From NCBI GenBank assembly GCA_046733935.1, contig JBKPQH010000026.1, forward strand, positions 2,905 to 66,904: 64,000 nt of DNA. Reading direction: 5' to 3'. The notes below the pieces were generated by a model. It was not told the DNA's origin and made no database searches. It saw only the letters and a program-made list of their open reading frames with translations. Positions 19,743 through 29,457 of the stretch are shown here, piece by piece (positions within the stretch are counted from its first letter, which is position 1; each line of letters opens with the position of its first letter). Position numbers and translations under genes: made by a program. This stretch comes from Pseudomonadota bacterium (lineage in GTDB: Bacteria; Pseudomonadota; Alphaproteobacteria; Sphingomonadales; Sphingomonadaceae).

Positions 19743-20803
19743 GCGCCCCTGCGTCCGAGCTCATGGGCGCCCCAGACCGTGGCCGCCACGAGCAGCGCCC
19801 CGGTCGCCTGATGGAGCACGGCCAGCCAGATCGCGATTCCGGAGAGAACCGTCAGGATGCCGAAGATGATCTGGGTCCCGAAGGCTGAGTGGATGGCGAT
19901 GGAGGCCCGGCGCGCGCCTTCGACGCCGCGGACCTTACGGGCAAAGACGACCAAGATTGCAACGACCACCCATGCCCACCAGCGGTGCATGAAATGGACC
20001 AGGAACGGGTCGTGCGTCATGGCGAAGGCGGCGCCGTGGGACCAGTCGATGCCTTCGGGCACGAAACGGCCGTTCATATCCGGCCAGCTATTCGAGACAT
20101 AGCCGGCGCGGAAGCCGGCGACCCACGCGCCGAGCATGAGCTGGACGAAGAGGACACCCAAGGCGACCCCGCTCCAAACAGTCAGGCGCGAAGGGCGGGC
20201 GTCAGGATCTTTCGCCAGCCGACGCAGGTCGAGCGCCGTCCAGATCAAGGCGCCGAACAGGAAGAGAGCGAACAGCAGGTGGGCGGAGAGGCGGTAGGGG
20301 CTGACCTCCGTGCGGCCTTCAAGGCCCGACATCACCATGAACCAGCCAACCGCGCCCTGCGCTCCGCCCAGAAGGAACAGAGCGGCGAGACGCCAGCCGA
20401 AGCCGCTTGGAATGGCCCGCTTCAGAGCGAACCAGCCGACACCCAGGAAGAACACTACGCCGATGACCCTGCCGAGCAGCCGGTGAACCCATTCCCAAAA
20501 GAAGATGAACTTGAAGCCGGCGAGCGTCATTCCGGCAGGTCCGGCCACTTCGCGATACTGCGGGGTTTGTTTGTAGAGGTCGAACGCCCGTTCCCAGGCG
20601 TCATGCGTGAGGGGAGGCATCGCCCCGCTGATCGGCTTCCATTCGGTGATCGAGAGGCCGCTTTCGGTAAGGCGCGTAATTCCGCCGATGACCACCATCG
20701 CGAAGACCATCGCCGCGACGACCAGGAGCAGGTTCGAGGCGGCAAAAGGTCGCGGACGGCTCTCGGCGCGGACGGGCGCGATGGAACGAACAGCTGAGCT
20801 CAT
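19739..20803 (-). CDS. ctaA: heme A synthase (COX15/CtaA)
   Basis: 354 aa, multi-TM. GGITRLTESGLSITEWKP motif. Confidence 0.9.
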   Translation of the reverse strand: MSSAVRSIAPVRAESRPRPFAASNLLLVVAAMVFAMVVIGGITRLTESGLSITEWKPISGAMPPLTHDAWERAFDLYKQTPQYREVAGPAGMTLAGFKFIFFWEWVHRLLGRVIGVVFFLGVGWFALKRAIPSGFGWRLAALFLLGGAQGAVGWFMVMSGLEGRTEVSPYRLSAHLLFALFLFGALIWTALDLRRLAKDPDARPSRLTVWSGVALGVLFVQLMLGAWVAGFRAGYVSNSWPDMNGRFVPEGIDWSHGAAFAMTHDPFLVHFMHRWWAWVVVAILVVFARKVRGVEGARRASIAIHSAFGTQIIFGILTVLSGIAIWLAVLHQATGALLVAATVWGAHELGRRGA

Positions 20804-20861
20804 GAGACGAGAGGCTATTCACGTCCAGCGGGCCGCTTCGCAAGTCTCGAAATAATCCGAT

Positions 20862-20874
20862 GATATATTGTAAC
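20862..20874. promoter_or_regulatory. candidate Fur/Zur-type box
   Basis: GATATATTGTAAC lies in an AT-rich patch just upstream of the merC-like/zur pair. It is 11 of 13 matches to the palindrome GTTATATTATAAC (my recollection of Zur-box shape). Confidence 0.3.
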
Positions 20875-20904
20875 GATAACGGCTCTCCTCTATATCCGTC
20901 GGCT

Positions 20905-21282
20905 GTGGGACAATTGACATTCCAGAGCAGCCGGCTGGATCGCCTTGCCATGGGGCTCTCGGGCCTCTGCGTGGTGCACTGCATCGCGACCGCCGTGCTT
21001 TTGGGACTGCTCGCTTCCGCAGGCGGATTTCTCGGCAGCCCGATCATCCACGAAGTGGGCCTAACGCTGGCGATGATGATCGGCGCGTTCGCACTTGGCC
21101 GCGGATTCCTGGAGCACGGGTTTGTCATGCCGGCGTCGATCGGAGCGCTCGGCCTGGGTGTCATGGCGGGAGCGCTGAGCCTGCCGCATGACGGCCGCGA
21201 ACCGGTGTACACCGTGGCCGGCGTGATGATCCTGGCGCTCGGCCACCGCCTCAATGTCATGGCGACGGAGCAGGGCTTCTGA
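20905..21282 (+). CDS. MerC-domain membrane protein
   Basis: LDRLAMGLSGLCVVHC followed by four TM segments. Start uncertain: GTG 20905, TTG 20914, or the track ATG 20860, which overlaps the AT-rich box. Confidence 0.65.
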   Translation: MGQLTFQSSRLDRLAMGLSGLCVVHCIATAVLLGLLASAGGFLGSPIIHEVGLTLAMMIGAFALGRGFLEHGFVMPASIGALGLGVMAGALSLPHDGREPVYTVAGVMILALGHRLNVMATEQGF

Positions 21283-21319
21283 TTGCTTGCCCGCGCTGGC
21301 ATGCAGGACTAACGTTTTG

Positions 21320-21790
21320 ATGTTCATGGCCCATCACGATCATAAGGTTCACGAGGGCGCCGCGCTGACCGCTGCGGCGCGCGACCGGCTGACTCGCGAA
21401 GGCGAGCAGTGGACCGACATGCGCGCCGCCGTGTTCGAGTCGCTTGCGAGCTTCGACAAGCCGGCGAGCGCCTATGACATCGCGGAGGCCGTATCGAAGG
21501 CACAGGGGCGGCGGGTGGCCGCCAACAGCGTGTACCGGATCCTCGACCTGTTCGTGGGCGCCAACCTGGCGCGGCGGGTCGAAAGCGCGAACGCCTACGT
21601 TGCCAACGAGCATCCGGAATGCCTGCACGATTGCATCTTCCTGATCTGCGACGAGTGCGGGCAGGCGGTGCATATCGACGACGACCGCCTGACCGGCGGC
21701 GTACGCGACGCCGCGAAAAGCGCCGGTTTTTCGGCGCCCCGGCCGGTCATCGAGGTGCGCGGAACCTGCGGGGATTGCGCCGGCTCCTGA
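21320..21790 (+). CDS. zur: Fur-family metalloregulator, probably Zur
   Basis: Track ORF trimmed to ATG 21320. His-rich N-terminus MFMAHHDHKVH, winged helix, two CxxC pairs (CDEC, CGDC). Confidence 0.7.
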   Translation: MFMAHHDHKVHEGAALTAAARDRLTREGEQWTDMRAAVFESLASFDKPASAYDIAEAVSKAQGRRVAANSVYRILDLFVGANLARRVESANAYVANEHPECLHDCIFLICDECGQAVHIDDDRLTGGVRDAAKSAGFSAPRPVIEVRGTCGDCAGS

Positions 21791-21864
21791 GCAATTTGTG
21801 AGGATTTGCTGAAAACCGCCTCACATTGGTGACACGGGCCTGCGTTCCGGATAAGTCCCCGCCC

Positions 21865-23787
21865 ATGTCAGACCGGCCTGAAACGCCGCTGCTCGATACG
21901 GTCGAGTTTCCCGCGGATATCAGAAAGCTAAGCAAGGAGCAGCTGCCGCAGCTCGCCGACGAGCTTCGCCAGGAGACCATCTCCGCCGTGTCGGTGACCG
22001 GCGGACATCTCGGCGCCGGTCTTGGAGTGGTCGAGCTCACCGTGGCGATTCATTATGTGTTCGATACTCCCAACGACAAATTGATCTGGGACGTCGGGCA
22101 CCAGGCCTATCCGCACAAGATCGTGACCGGGCGGCGCGACCGCATCCGCACGCTTCGGCAGGGCGGGGGCCTGAGCGGCTTCACCCGGCGCAGCGAGAGC
22201 GAATACGATCCGTTCGGAGCGGCGCACAGCTCGACGTCGATTTCGGCGGCGCTTGGCTTTGCGATTGCCAGCAAACTGTCGAACGATCCCGGCCGAGCGA
22301 TCGCTGTGATCGGCGACGGGGCGCTGAGCGCCGGCATGGCCTATGAGGCGATGAACAACGCCGCGGCGGCTGGAAACCGGCTGATCGTCGTTCTCAATGA
22401 CAATGACATGTCGATCGCACCGCCGGTCGGCAGCCTGCGCAATTCGCTCGCGAGGCTGGTCAGCTCGCGCAAGTATCTGGCGCCGCGCAAACTCGCGCAG
22501 AAGCTGGCGCGGGCGATGCCCGAGCCCCTGCACGTCGCCGCGCGGAAGATGGAAGAATATGCCCGCGGCATGTTCACCGGCGGCACGCTCTTCGACGAGC
22601 TTGGTTTCTATTATGTGGGGCCGATCGACGGACATGACGTGCGCGCCCTGGTCGAGGTCCTCGAGAACGTGCGCAATGCGGACGTCGGGCCGATGCTCGT
22701 CCATGTCGTCACCCAGAAGGGCAAGGGCTACGCGCCCGCCGAGAACAGCGCGGACAAATATCACGGCGTGGTCAAGTTCGATGTCGTTTCAGGAGTCCAG
22801 GCCAAGGCCGTCGCAGGAGCGCCGAGCTACACGAGCGTCTTTGCCAAGGCCCTGACGGCGGAAATGGAGCGCGACCAGCGGGTCGTCGCGATCACGGCCG
22901 CCATGCCTTCGGGTACGGGCCTCGACAAGGTTGCGGAGAAGTTCCCCGAGCGCACGTTCGACGTCGGCATCGCCGAGCAGCACGCAGTGACCTTTGCGGC
23001 CGGTCTCGCGGCGCAGGGCTACAAGCCGTTCGCGACCATTTATTCGACCTTCCTTCAGCGGGCCTACGACCAGGTCGTGCACGACGTCGCGATCCAGAAC
23101 CTGCCCGTCCGGTTCGCAATGGACCGCGCCGGCTTGGTCGGGGCCGACGGAGCGACGCACGCCGGTAGCTTCGATCTCGCTTACCTTTGCACCCTGCCGA
23201 ATTTCGTCGTGATGGCCGCGGCCGACGAGGCCGAGCTGGTGCACATGGTGCATACGATGGCGCTGCACGACAGCGGCCCGATCGCCGTTCGCTATCCGCG
23301 GGGCGAGGGCACTGGAGTTCCGCTTCCGGAGGAGCCGTGGGAGCTGGACATCGGCAAGGGCCGTATCGTTCGGGAGGGCAAGAAGGTCGCGATCCTCTCC
23401 CTCGGCACGCGGCTCGCCGAAGCCGAGAAGGCCGCAGACCAGCTCGACGCCATGGGCCTTTCGACGACGGTCGCCGACCTGCGCTTCGCCAAGCCGCTCG
23501 ACACCGAGCTGATCCGGCGCCTGCTGACCACGCATGAGGTTGCGGTGACGATCGAGGAGGCCTCGATCGGTGGCCTCGGCGCGCACGTGCTGACGCTGGC
23601 GAGTGACGAGGGGTTGGTCGATGCAGGCCTCAAGATCCGCACCATGCGCTTGCCTGACCATTTCCAGGAGCACGACAAGCCCGAAAAGCAGTATGACGAA
23701 GCGCACCTCAACGCTCCGCATATCGTCGAGGCGGTGCTCAAGGCGCTGCGCGTGAACAGCGCCGGAGTCGAGGAGGTTCGGGCGTAG
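21865..23787 (+). CDS. dxs: 1-deoxy-D-xylulose-5-phosphate synthase
   Basis: Trimmed to [24 protein letters not shown] and [17 protein letters not shown] (ThDP motif). Confidence 0.95.
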   Translation: MSDRPETPLLDTVEFPADIRKLSKEQLPQLADELRQETISAVSVTGGHLGAGLGVVELTVAIHYVFDTPNDKLIWDVGHQAYPHKIVTGRRDRIRTLRQGGGLSGFTRRSESEYDPFGAAHSSTSISAALGFAIASKLSNDPGRAIAVIGDGALSAGMAYEAMNNAAAAGNRLIVVLNDNDMSIAPPVGSLRNSLARLVSSRKYLAPRKLAQKLARAMPEPLHVAARKMEEYARGMFTGGTLFDELGFYYVGPIDGHDVRALVEVLENVRNADVGPMLVHVVTQKGKGYAPAENSADKYHGVVKFDVVSGVQAKAVAGAPSYTSVFAKALTAEMERDQRVVAITAAMPSGTGLDKVAEKFPERTFDVGIAEQHAVTFAAGLAAQGYKPFATIYSTFLQRAYDQVVHDVAIQNLPVRFAMDRAGLVGADGATHAGSFDLAYLCTLPNFVVMAAADEAELVHMVHTMALHDSGPIAVRYPRGEGTGVPLPEEPWELDIGKGRIVREGKKVAILSLGTRLAEAEKAADQLDAMGLSTTVADLRFAKPLDTELIRRLLTTHEVAVTIEEASIGGLGAHVLTLASDEGLVDAGLKIRTMRLPDHFQEHDKPEKQYDEAHLNAPHIVEAVLKALRVNSAGVEEVRA

Positions 23788-23813
23788 CCAAGCTTCGGGC
23801 AGACCAGCTGCTC

Positions 23814-24521
23814 GTGATGCGCGGGCTCGCCGAGAGCCGGACTCGGGCGCAGGCGCTGATCATGGCCGGTGCGGTCTTCTCGGGAGAGAAGAAGCTTTCG
23901 AAAGCTGGAGACATGTTGCCCGAGGACGCGCCGCTGGAGGTGCGCGGGAAGGACCATCCGTGGGTATCGCGCGGGGGGATCAAGCTCGATCATGGGCTGA
24001 CGCACTTTGGGTTCGACGTGGCGGGCGACGTGGCGCTCGACGTCGGAAGCTCGACGGGTGGATTCACGGACGTGCTGCTCTCGCGCGGGGCGGCGAAGGT
24101 GTACGCGGTGGACGTCGGTACCAACCAGCTGGCTTGGAAGCTGCGGCAGGATCCGCGCGTGGTGGTCCACGAGCAGACAAATGCGCGCGCCCTCGACGCC
24201 AATATTATTCCCGAGCTTGTCGACATCGTCGTGTGCGACGCGAGCTTCATTTCGCTCGCCAAGGTGCTCGAGGCGCCGCTGAGGCTCGCTAAGTCCGGAG
24301 CCACGCTCGTCGCTCTGGTCAAGCCGCAGTTCCAAGCAGGGCGCGAGGAGGTGGGGAAGGGCGGTGTCGTTCGCGATCCAGCGGTGCACGACAGGGTTTG
24401 CGCCGAGGCCAAGGGCTGGGTTGAATCGCAGGGCTGGACGGTGCTGGGGATCACTCGGAGTCCCATCACGGGACCCGAAGGCAATGTGGAATTCTTGTTG
24501 GGAGCCCGGAAGGATGGCTGA
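23814..24521 (+). CDS. tlyA: TlyA-family rRNA 2'-O-methyltransferase
   Basis: S4-like N-terminus (RGLAESRTRAQALI) and FtsJ core (DVGSSTGGFTD). Start uncertain; see findings. Confidence 0.85.
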   Translation: MMRGLAESRTRAQALIMAGAVFSGEKKLSKAGDMLPEDAPLEVRGKDHPWVSRGGIKLDHGLTHFGFDVAGDVALDVGSSTGGFTDVLLSRGAAKVYAVDVGTNQLAWKLRQDPRVVVHEQTNARALDANIIPELVDIVVCDASFISLAKVLEAPLRLAKSGATLVALVKPQFQAGREEVGKGGVVRDPAVHDRVCAEAKGWVESQGWTVLGITRSPITGPEGNVEFLLGARKDG

Positions 24522-25032
24522 AACTGTCGAACGGAAGAGCTGGTGGAAGCTCGCGCTCGTCGCCGTCGCGGCGATCGAGCTGCTCGGCGGTCTCAGCGGC
24601 TGGCTTTCCAACAGCGGCTACGGAAACCCCTGGTTCGCCGCGCTGAACAAGCCCAGCTTCATGCCGCCGGGATGGGTGTTCGGCGTCGTCTGGCCTATCT
24701 TATACGCGCTGCTTGGGATTGCGCTCGCCATGATCCTGGTCGAGCCGCCGTCACCGAGGCGGCAGGCTGCATTGACCTTGTTCTTCATCCAGCTGGTCCT
24801 GAATTTCGCCTGGTCGCCGATCTTCTTTGCGGCGCACGACATCACGACGGCGAAAATCATGATCTTCGTCATGGCCGCGACGGCTGCGGCTGCTGCGGGC
24901 CAGTTCCTGCGGCTGAAGAGGGCGGCAGGCCTGTTGATGGCGCCCTATCTGCTGTGGCTGATCTTCGCCGCGACGCTCAATACGGCGATCGAGCAGCTCA
25001 ATCCCGGCGCAGGCACCTTCCTGTTCGGCTGA
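24514..25032 (+). CDS. tspO: TspO/MBR tryptophan-rich sensory protein
   Basis: Distal part of track ORF 24364..25032, from ATG 24514. PPGWVFGVVWPILY and FFIQLVLNFAWSPIFF. Confidence 0.85.
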   Translation: MAETVERKSWWKLALVAVAAIELLGGLSGWLSNSGYGNPWFAALNKPSFMPPGWVFGVVWPILYALLGIALAMILVEPPSPRRQAALTLFFIQLVLNFAWSPIFFAAHDITTAKIMIFVMAATAAAAAGQFLRLKRAAGLLMAPYLLWLIFAATLNTAIEQLNPGAGTFLFG

Positions 25033-25139
25033 CCGCCAGAAAACTGGGGATAGTTCAGGCAGTTGGGGATAGCTCCGGCGCCCAGGGTGGCGGATTGGGC
25101 CGCAACTCCCTATTTCGGCGCCGAAAGGGAGGAGTTTCG

Positions 25140-25439
25140 ATGCAGTCCGAGAACAAGCTGTTCGACGACTTCGTGAAGATGGTGAACGGCTTTGCCGGGA
25201 CCATGGCCGGCATGGGCCGCGAGGCCGAGTCCGGCGCTCGCGAGAAGTTCCGCGAATGGATGGGCGGACAGGACTTCGTCGGCCGCGACGAGTTCGAGGC
25301 GATCAAGGCGATGGCCGCCGCCGCTCGCGACGAGAACGAGATCCTGAAGGCGCGGATCGCCGCGCTCGAAGCCAAGGTCGCCGGTCCTGCCGCCGGCGCC
25401 AAGCGCGGCGGAGCGAAGAAGGCGAACCCGGGGGCGTGA
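25140..25439 (+). CDS. ubiK: UbiK/BMFP-family accessory protein
   Basis: Last 99 codons of track ORF 24543..25439, from ATG 25140. LFDDFVKM...FVGRDEFEA...ARIAALE coiled coil. Confidence 0.7.
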   Translation: MQSENKLFDDFVKMVNGFAGTMAGMGREAESGAREKFREWMGGQDFVGRDEFEAIKAMAAAARDENEILKARIAALEAKVAGPAAGAKRGGAKKANPGA

Positions 25440-25951
25440 ACCTGAGCGAAGAAGAAATCCAGGACGAGCGCGAAGACGGCGCTCCGATCGAAATCCTCGA
25501 ACAATATTTCGAGGCGCGCGGATGGGCGTGCGAACGTACTGGCGACGGCGAAATCGTCGCTTCGGCGACGGGAAGCTGGGCGCAATACGAGCTTCGAGGC
25601 GTCTGGCGGCCGGAGGACCAGGTTCTGCAGTTCCTGGCGTTCCCGGACATCAAGGTCGCGCCCGAGAAGAGGCTGGCGATCTACGAGGCGCTGAGCTTGA
25701 TCAATGAGCAGCTATGGCTCGGCCATTTCGAGATGTGGTCCGGCTCGGGCCTGGTGTTGTTCCGCCACTCCACCATCCTCGACACCCGATCGGACGAAGG
25801 CCTGAGCCTGGAGCAGGCCGAGGCGATCGCCGAAGCGGCGGTCGAGGAATGCGAGCGCTTCTATCCCGTTTTCCAGTTCGTGCTGTGGGGCGGCAAATCG
25901 CCCGGCGAAGCCATTGCAGCGGCGCTGATCGACACGCACGGCGAAGCATGA
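25436..25951 (+). CDS. YbjN-domain protein
   Basis: GTG 25436 overlaps the ubiK stop (GTGA). Acidic ~170-aa protein. The placement upstream of proC is an arrangement I recall as common in Alphaproteobacteria. Confidence 0.6.
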   Translation: MNLSEEEIQDEREDGAPIEILEQYFEARGWACERTGDGEIVASATGSWAQYELRGVWRPEDQVLQFLAFPDIKVAPEKRLAIYEALSLINEQLWLGHFEMWSGSGLVLFRHSTILDTRSDEGLSLEQAEAIAEAAVEECERFYPVFQFVLWGGKSPGEAIAAALIDTHGEA

Positions 25952-26796
25952 CGAGCGGACCGAGGCTGCCGGTGCCGACGTGGTTCGTCGGCTGCGGCAA
26001 CATGGGCGGCGCGATCGTCGCCGGATGGCGCATGGCCGGCGTCGACCTGTCCTCGGCCATGGCCATTCGCCCGAGTGGATTGCCCGTGGAGGGGGTGCAC
26101 ACGGTTTCGGGCATTGCCGATGCCGGCCGGCCGCCGCAGCTCGTGATCCTCGGTTTCAAGCCGCAGAAGCTGGACGAGGTCGCGCCCGAGCTGCGCAAGT
26201 TCTTGAGCTCGAAGACCGTCGTCGTTTCGATCCTCGCGGGCGTCGAGGCCACGAGCTTGCGCGAGCGTTTCCCCGGCGTCGCGTCGATCGTTCGGGCGAT
26301 GCCGAACCTGCCGGTCGCCATCCGCCGCGGAGTGGTCGCGCTCTACAGCCCGGACGCTGACCAAGCGACGCAGCAGCTCCTCTCCAACATCTTTACACCG
26401 CTTGGATATGTGCCGTGGGTGGCGGACGAAGCGAGGCTTGCGGCGGTCGGCTCCGTTGCCGGTGCCGGGCCCGCCTATGTCGCGCGGTTCGTCGCGGCCC
26501 TGGCGAAGGCCGGAGAGAAGAGGGGGCTCAGCAGGGAGCTTGCAGAGACCATTGCGCTGGAGACTGTGCTCGGCACGGCATGGATGGCCGCCTCTTCCGG
26601 GGAAGACATGGAATCGGTCGCCAGGCGCGTGGCCAGTCCCAAGGGCACGACCGAAGCAGGGCTCGCGGTGCTCGACCACGACGAGGTTCTCGACCAGTTG
26701 ATCGCGCTCACGATCGATGCCGCGGGCCGTCGTGGAGCCGAGCTTGCCGAGGAGGCGAAGGTTCGTCCGCTTGCCGAGTCCGCGCGCCTGCCCTAG
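25948..26796 (+). CDS. proC: pyrroline-5-carboxylate reductase
   Basis: From ATG 25948, within track ORF 25714..26796. FVGCGNMGGAIVAGW (NADP loop), VRAMPNLP, SPKGTTEAGL. Confidence 0.9.
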   Translation: MTSGPRLPVPTWFVGCGNMGGAIVAGWRMAGVDLSSAMAIRPSGLPVEGVHTVSGIADAGRPPQLVILGFKPQKLDEVAPELRKFLSSKTVVVSILAGVEATSLRERFPGVASIVRAMPNLPVAIRRGVVALYSPDADQATQQLLSNIFTPLGYVPWVADEARLAAVGSVAGAGPAYVARFVAALAKAGEKRGLSRELAETIALETVLGTAWMAASSGEDMESVARRVASPKGTTEAGLAVLDHDEVLDQLIALTIDAAGRRGAELAEEAKVRPLAESARLP

Positions 26797-26807
26797 GCGC
26801 GGCTGAC

Positions 26808-27917
26808 ATGATCGGCGAACTGCACAAGGTCGACGAAAAGGGAATCGCGCTTGAGCCTGCGGCGGAGCCAGTCCCGGCTGAGGAGCGCGCCCGCTTGCTC
26901 ATCGATCCCGGTTTCGGCCGGGTCTTCACCGATCACATGGCGATCATCGAATATGATGAGAAGCAGGGCTGGCATTCTGCTCGCATCACCGCGCGCCAGC
27001 CATTCACGATGGATCCGGCTTCTCCCGTTCTCCATTATGCCCAGGAGATTTTTGAGGGCATGAAGGCCTACCGCCGGCCGAATGGCGGGGCGGCACTCTT
27101 CCGGCCCGATGCCAATGCGCGGCGCTTCGCAAAGTCGGCCATCCGGATGGCGATGCCGCCGTTGCCCGAAGAGATGTTCCTGGAATCGGTGCGCGAGCTT
27201 GTCCGCGCCGATCGCGAATGGATCCCGGAAGCCGAGGACGGTTCGCTCTATCTCCGGCCCTTCATGATCGCGAACGGCTCGTTCCTGGGAATGAGGTCGT
27301 CGACGCGGTTCATCTACGCGGTGATCGCCTCGTCCGTCGGCGCTTATTTCAAGAACGATTCTCCCAGCATCTCCCTCTGGGTGACGCGCGAATATGTCCG
27401 GGCGGCGCCGGGCGGCACGGGCGAGGCCAAGTGCGGCGGCAATTATGCGGGGAGCCTCGTGGCGCAGGCCGAAGCCATCCGGCGGGGCTGCGACCAGGTC
27501 GTGTTCCTGGACGCGGTGGAGCGGCGCTGGGTCGAAGAGCTCGGCGGCATGAATGTCTTCTTCGTGTTCGATGATGGCTCCATTCAAACGCCGCCGCTCG
27601 ACGGCACGATCCTTCACGGAGTCACCCGGGATTCATTGCTCAGGCTGGCCCGGAACATGGGGCTCACCGTCCGCGAGGAACCTTATTCGATCGACGAGTG
27701 GAAGGCGGATGCCGAGAGCGGGCGGCTCACCGAGGCTTTCGCTTGCGGGACGGCGGCGGTCGTGACCCCGATCGGGCGCGTCAAGGAGGCGGATGGCGAG
27801 TTCTCGATCGGTGGCCAATCTTCGGGGCCGCTAACCCTTCGGCTGCGGTCGGCGCTGGTCGATATCCAGCGAGGCTCCGCGCCCGACCCTTACGGGTGGA
27901 TCCAACAGATCGACTAA
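26808..27917 (+). CDS. ilvE: branched-chain amino-acid aminotransferase
   Basis: From ATG 26808, within track ORF 26415..27917. VLHYAQEIFEGMKAYR; class IV aminotransferase, 369 aa. Confidence 0.9.
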   Translation: MIGELHKVDEKGIALEPAAEPVPAEERARLLIDPGFGRVFTDHMAIIEYDEKQGWHSARITARQPFTMDPASPVLHYAQEIFEGMKAYRRPNGGAALFRPDANARRFAKSAIRMAMPPLPEEMFLESVRELVRADREWIPEAEDGSLYLRPFMIANGSFLGMRSSTRFIYAVIASSVGAYFKNDSPSISLWVTREYVRAAPGGTGEAKCGGNYAGSLVAQAEAIRRGCDQVVFLDAVERRWVEELGGMNVFFVFDDGSIQTPPLDGTILHGVTRDSLLRLARNMGLTVREEPYSIDEWKADAESGRLTEAFACGTAAVVTPIGRVKEADGEFSIGGQSSGPLTLRLRSALVDIQRGSAPDPYGWIQQID

Positions 27918-28489
27918 GGTCGTTTCGCCGCGAGCGCCGCAGGGTTCGCAACGTCGCGGATGCCGTTCGCCTCTATGTCGGCCAGCAGTTCCTTGAGCCA
28001 GGCGCGGTCGAGCTTACGCTGCGCTTCGATGTGACGAAGCAGATGCTCGCCTCCAGTGGAGGTTACCGGCGCCAGCTCCTTCCGGATGGGTCCCAGCTTG
28101 GCGATGAGCTCGTCGAGCCGCTCGATTCTCCGGCGAACGGCATCTTTGACGAGCTCAGGGTCGGCGAAGTGAAGGAATAGAAGGGCCCCGTAGAGCGTCT
28201 GCGCCACCGGTCCCTCGACGTCCAGCTGCCGGTGCAATCCGTCGCGGAATTCGCGGCGGCCGTCCTCGGTAATCCGGTAGATCGTCCGAACGCCGCCGCG
28301 CGCTACGCGCTCCTCGGCCACTGCCGAGATCAGGCCGTCCTTCTCGAGTTGCCGCACGGCGTAATAGAGCGTGCCGACATCCACATCGATGTAGCATTCG
28401 ACCATCGCCGCCTGGAGCCGGCGCTTGATTTCATAGGGATGGAAGTCGCCACGGTGCAGCACGCCGAGAATGAGCAATCTTGCGTTCAT
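27914..28489 (-). CDS. PadR-family transcriptional regulator
   Basis: LLILGVLHRGDFHPYEIKRRL...GTLYYAVRQLEKDGLI. Confidence 0.85.
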   Translation of the reverse strand: MNARLLILGVLHRGDFHPYEIKRRLQAAMVECYIDVDVGTLYYAVRQLEKDGLISAVAEERVARGGVRTIYRITEDGRREFRDGLHRQLDVEGPVAQTLYGALLFLHFADPELVKDAVRRRIERLDELIAKLGPIRKELAPVTSTGGEHLLRHIEAQRKLDRAWLKELLADIEANGIRDVANPAALAAKRP

Positions 28490-28490
28490 A

Positions 28491-28502
28491 GTTTAATTAA
28501 AC
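28491..28502. promoter_or_regulatory. perfect 12-bp palindrome, candidate PadR operator
   Basis: GTTTAATTAAAC starts 2 nt from the padR start codon, in the 47-bp divergent intergenic region. Confidence 0.35.
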
Positions 28503-28536
28503 TAATAAGATTCAAGTAAGCAAGTGGAGAAAAGCC

Positions 28537-28938
28537 ATGTGGCGAACGATTGGAAGCATCGTGGCGGGCCTGGTCGTCTGGGCTGTGGTCGTCACTGTTC
28601 TCAATTTCGGCCTTCGTCTTGCCATCCCCGACTATCACGCTGCGGAAGCGACACTGCAGTTCACGATGGCAATGAAGATCGGCCGGCTGACAGAAGCTGC
28701 CGTGGCCTCGATCGCCGCCGGGGCCGTTGTGGGCCTGATCGAACCAACGAAGAAATGGACACTTGGACTGACCGGGTTGATCGTCCTGGCGATGTTCTTG
28801 CCCGTGCACGTCAACCTGTGGAGCAAGTTCCCGGTCTGGTACCACCTGACATTCCTCGTGCCGCTGGTCCCGCTCGTGCTTCTCGGGGGCGCCTTGGTTC
28901 ACGGCAATCGCGCAAGACGGCCCTCGACCGCTAGTTGA
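28537..28938 (+). CDS. hypothetical membrane protein (divergent from padR)
   Basis: 133 aa, four hydrophobic segments. Confidence 0.6.
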   Translation: MWRTIGSIVAGLVVWAVVVTVLNFGLRLAIPDYHAAEATLQFTMAMKIGRLTEAAVASIAAGAVVGLIEPTKKWTLGLTGLIVLAMFLPVHVNLWSKFPVWYHLTFLVPLVPLVLLGGALVHGNRARRPSTAS

Positions 28939-29266
28939 AAATTGACAGGTCGAGCGGCTCGCTAGGGCCGAACCAGATGACATGTTCGGTGTGGTCGGCG
29001 AGGTCGTTGCCGGTTTCGGCATGAGCAAAGATTGTCAGAGCGCCACGGTTGAGCGCCAGGAACTGAGCGACATCTCCGAAGACGTCCCGCGGTACGGTCA
29101 GCTGGACGCTTCCGCGCGGATGCGGGCCCACGGGGCGCAGGTGGAAGTGGCCGACCCCGATCGGAAAGCGCTCCTCGGCCGCCGCCGCGAGCTGCTTCGC
29201 GACCTCAACCTGTTCGGGATCGTAGTAGATGTGCGCGTGGAAATCGCGGATGCTGGGCTCGGACAT
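28931..29266 (-). CDS. DOPA 4,5-dioxygenase-family protein
   Basis: Trimmed to MSEPSIRDFHAHIYYD. RPVGPHP...ALNRG...FAH..TG.DL.DH...IW.G family pattern. Confidence 0.7.
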   Translation of the reverse strand: MSEPSIRDFHAHIYYDPEQVEVAKQLAAAAEERFPIGVGHFHLRPVGPHPRGSVQLTVPRDVFGDVAQFLALNRGALTIFAHAETGNDLADHTEHVIWFGPSEPLDLSIFN

Positions 29267-29369
29267 GCTCTGTCTATAGCCGGAATGCGCGGGAGACCCC
29301 ATCTTCCCTTTGCAGGGTGCGGCCGCTCGCTATAAGCGCCGGCTCTCCCGCAAGACGCGGACCGCCTGC

Positions 29370-29444
29370 TGGGGCGTCGCCAAGTGGTAAGGCACCGGTT
29401 TTTGGTACCGGCATTCGCAGGTTCGAATCCTGCCGCCCCAGCCA
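29370..29444 (+). tRNA. tRNA-Gln (anticodon TTG)
   Basis: TGGGGCGTCGCCAAGTGGTAAGGCACCGGTTTTTGGTACCGGCATTCGCAGGTTCGAATCCTGCCGCCCCAGCCA. Close to remembered E. coli tRNA-Gln. Anticodon loop TTTTGGT. Confidence 0.85.
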
Positions 29445-29457
29445 ATTCGAGCAACAG

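Noticed and set aside
23292-24611. 439-aa minus-strand ORF
   Set aside because: Antisense to dxs and tlyA.
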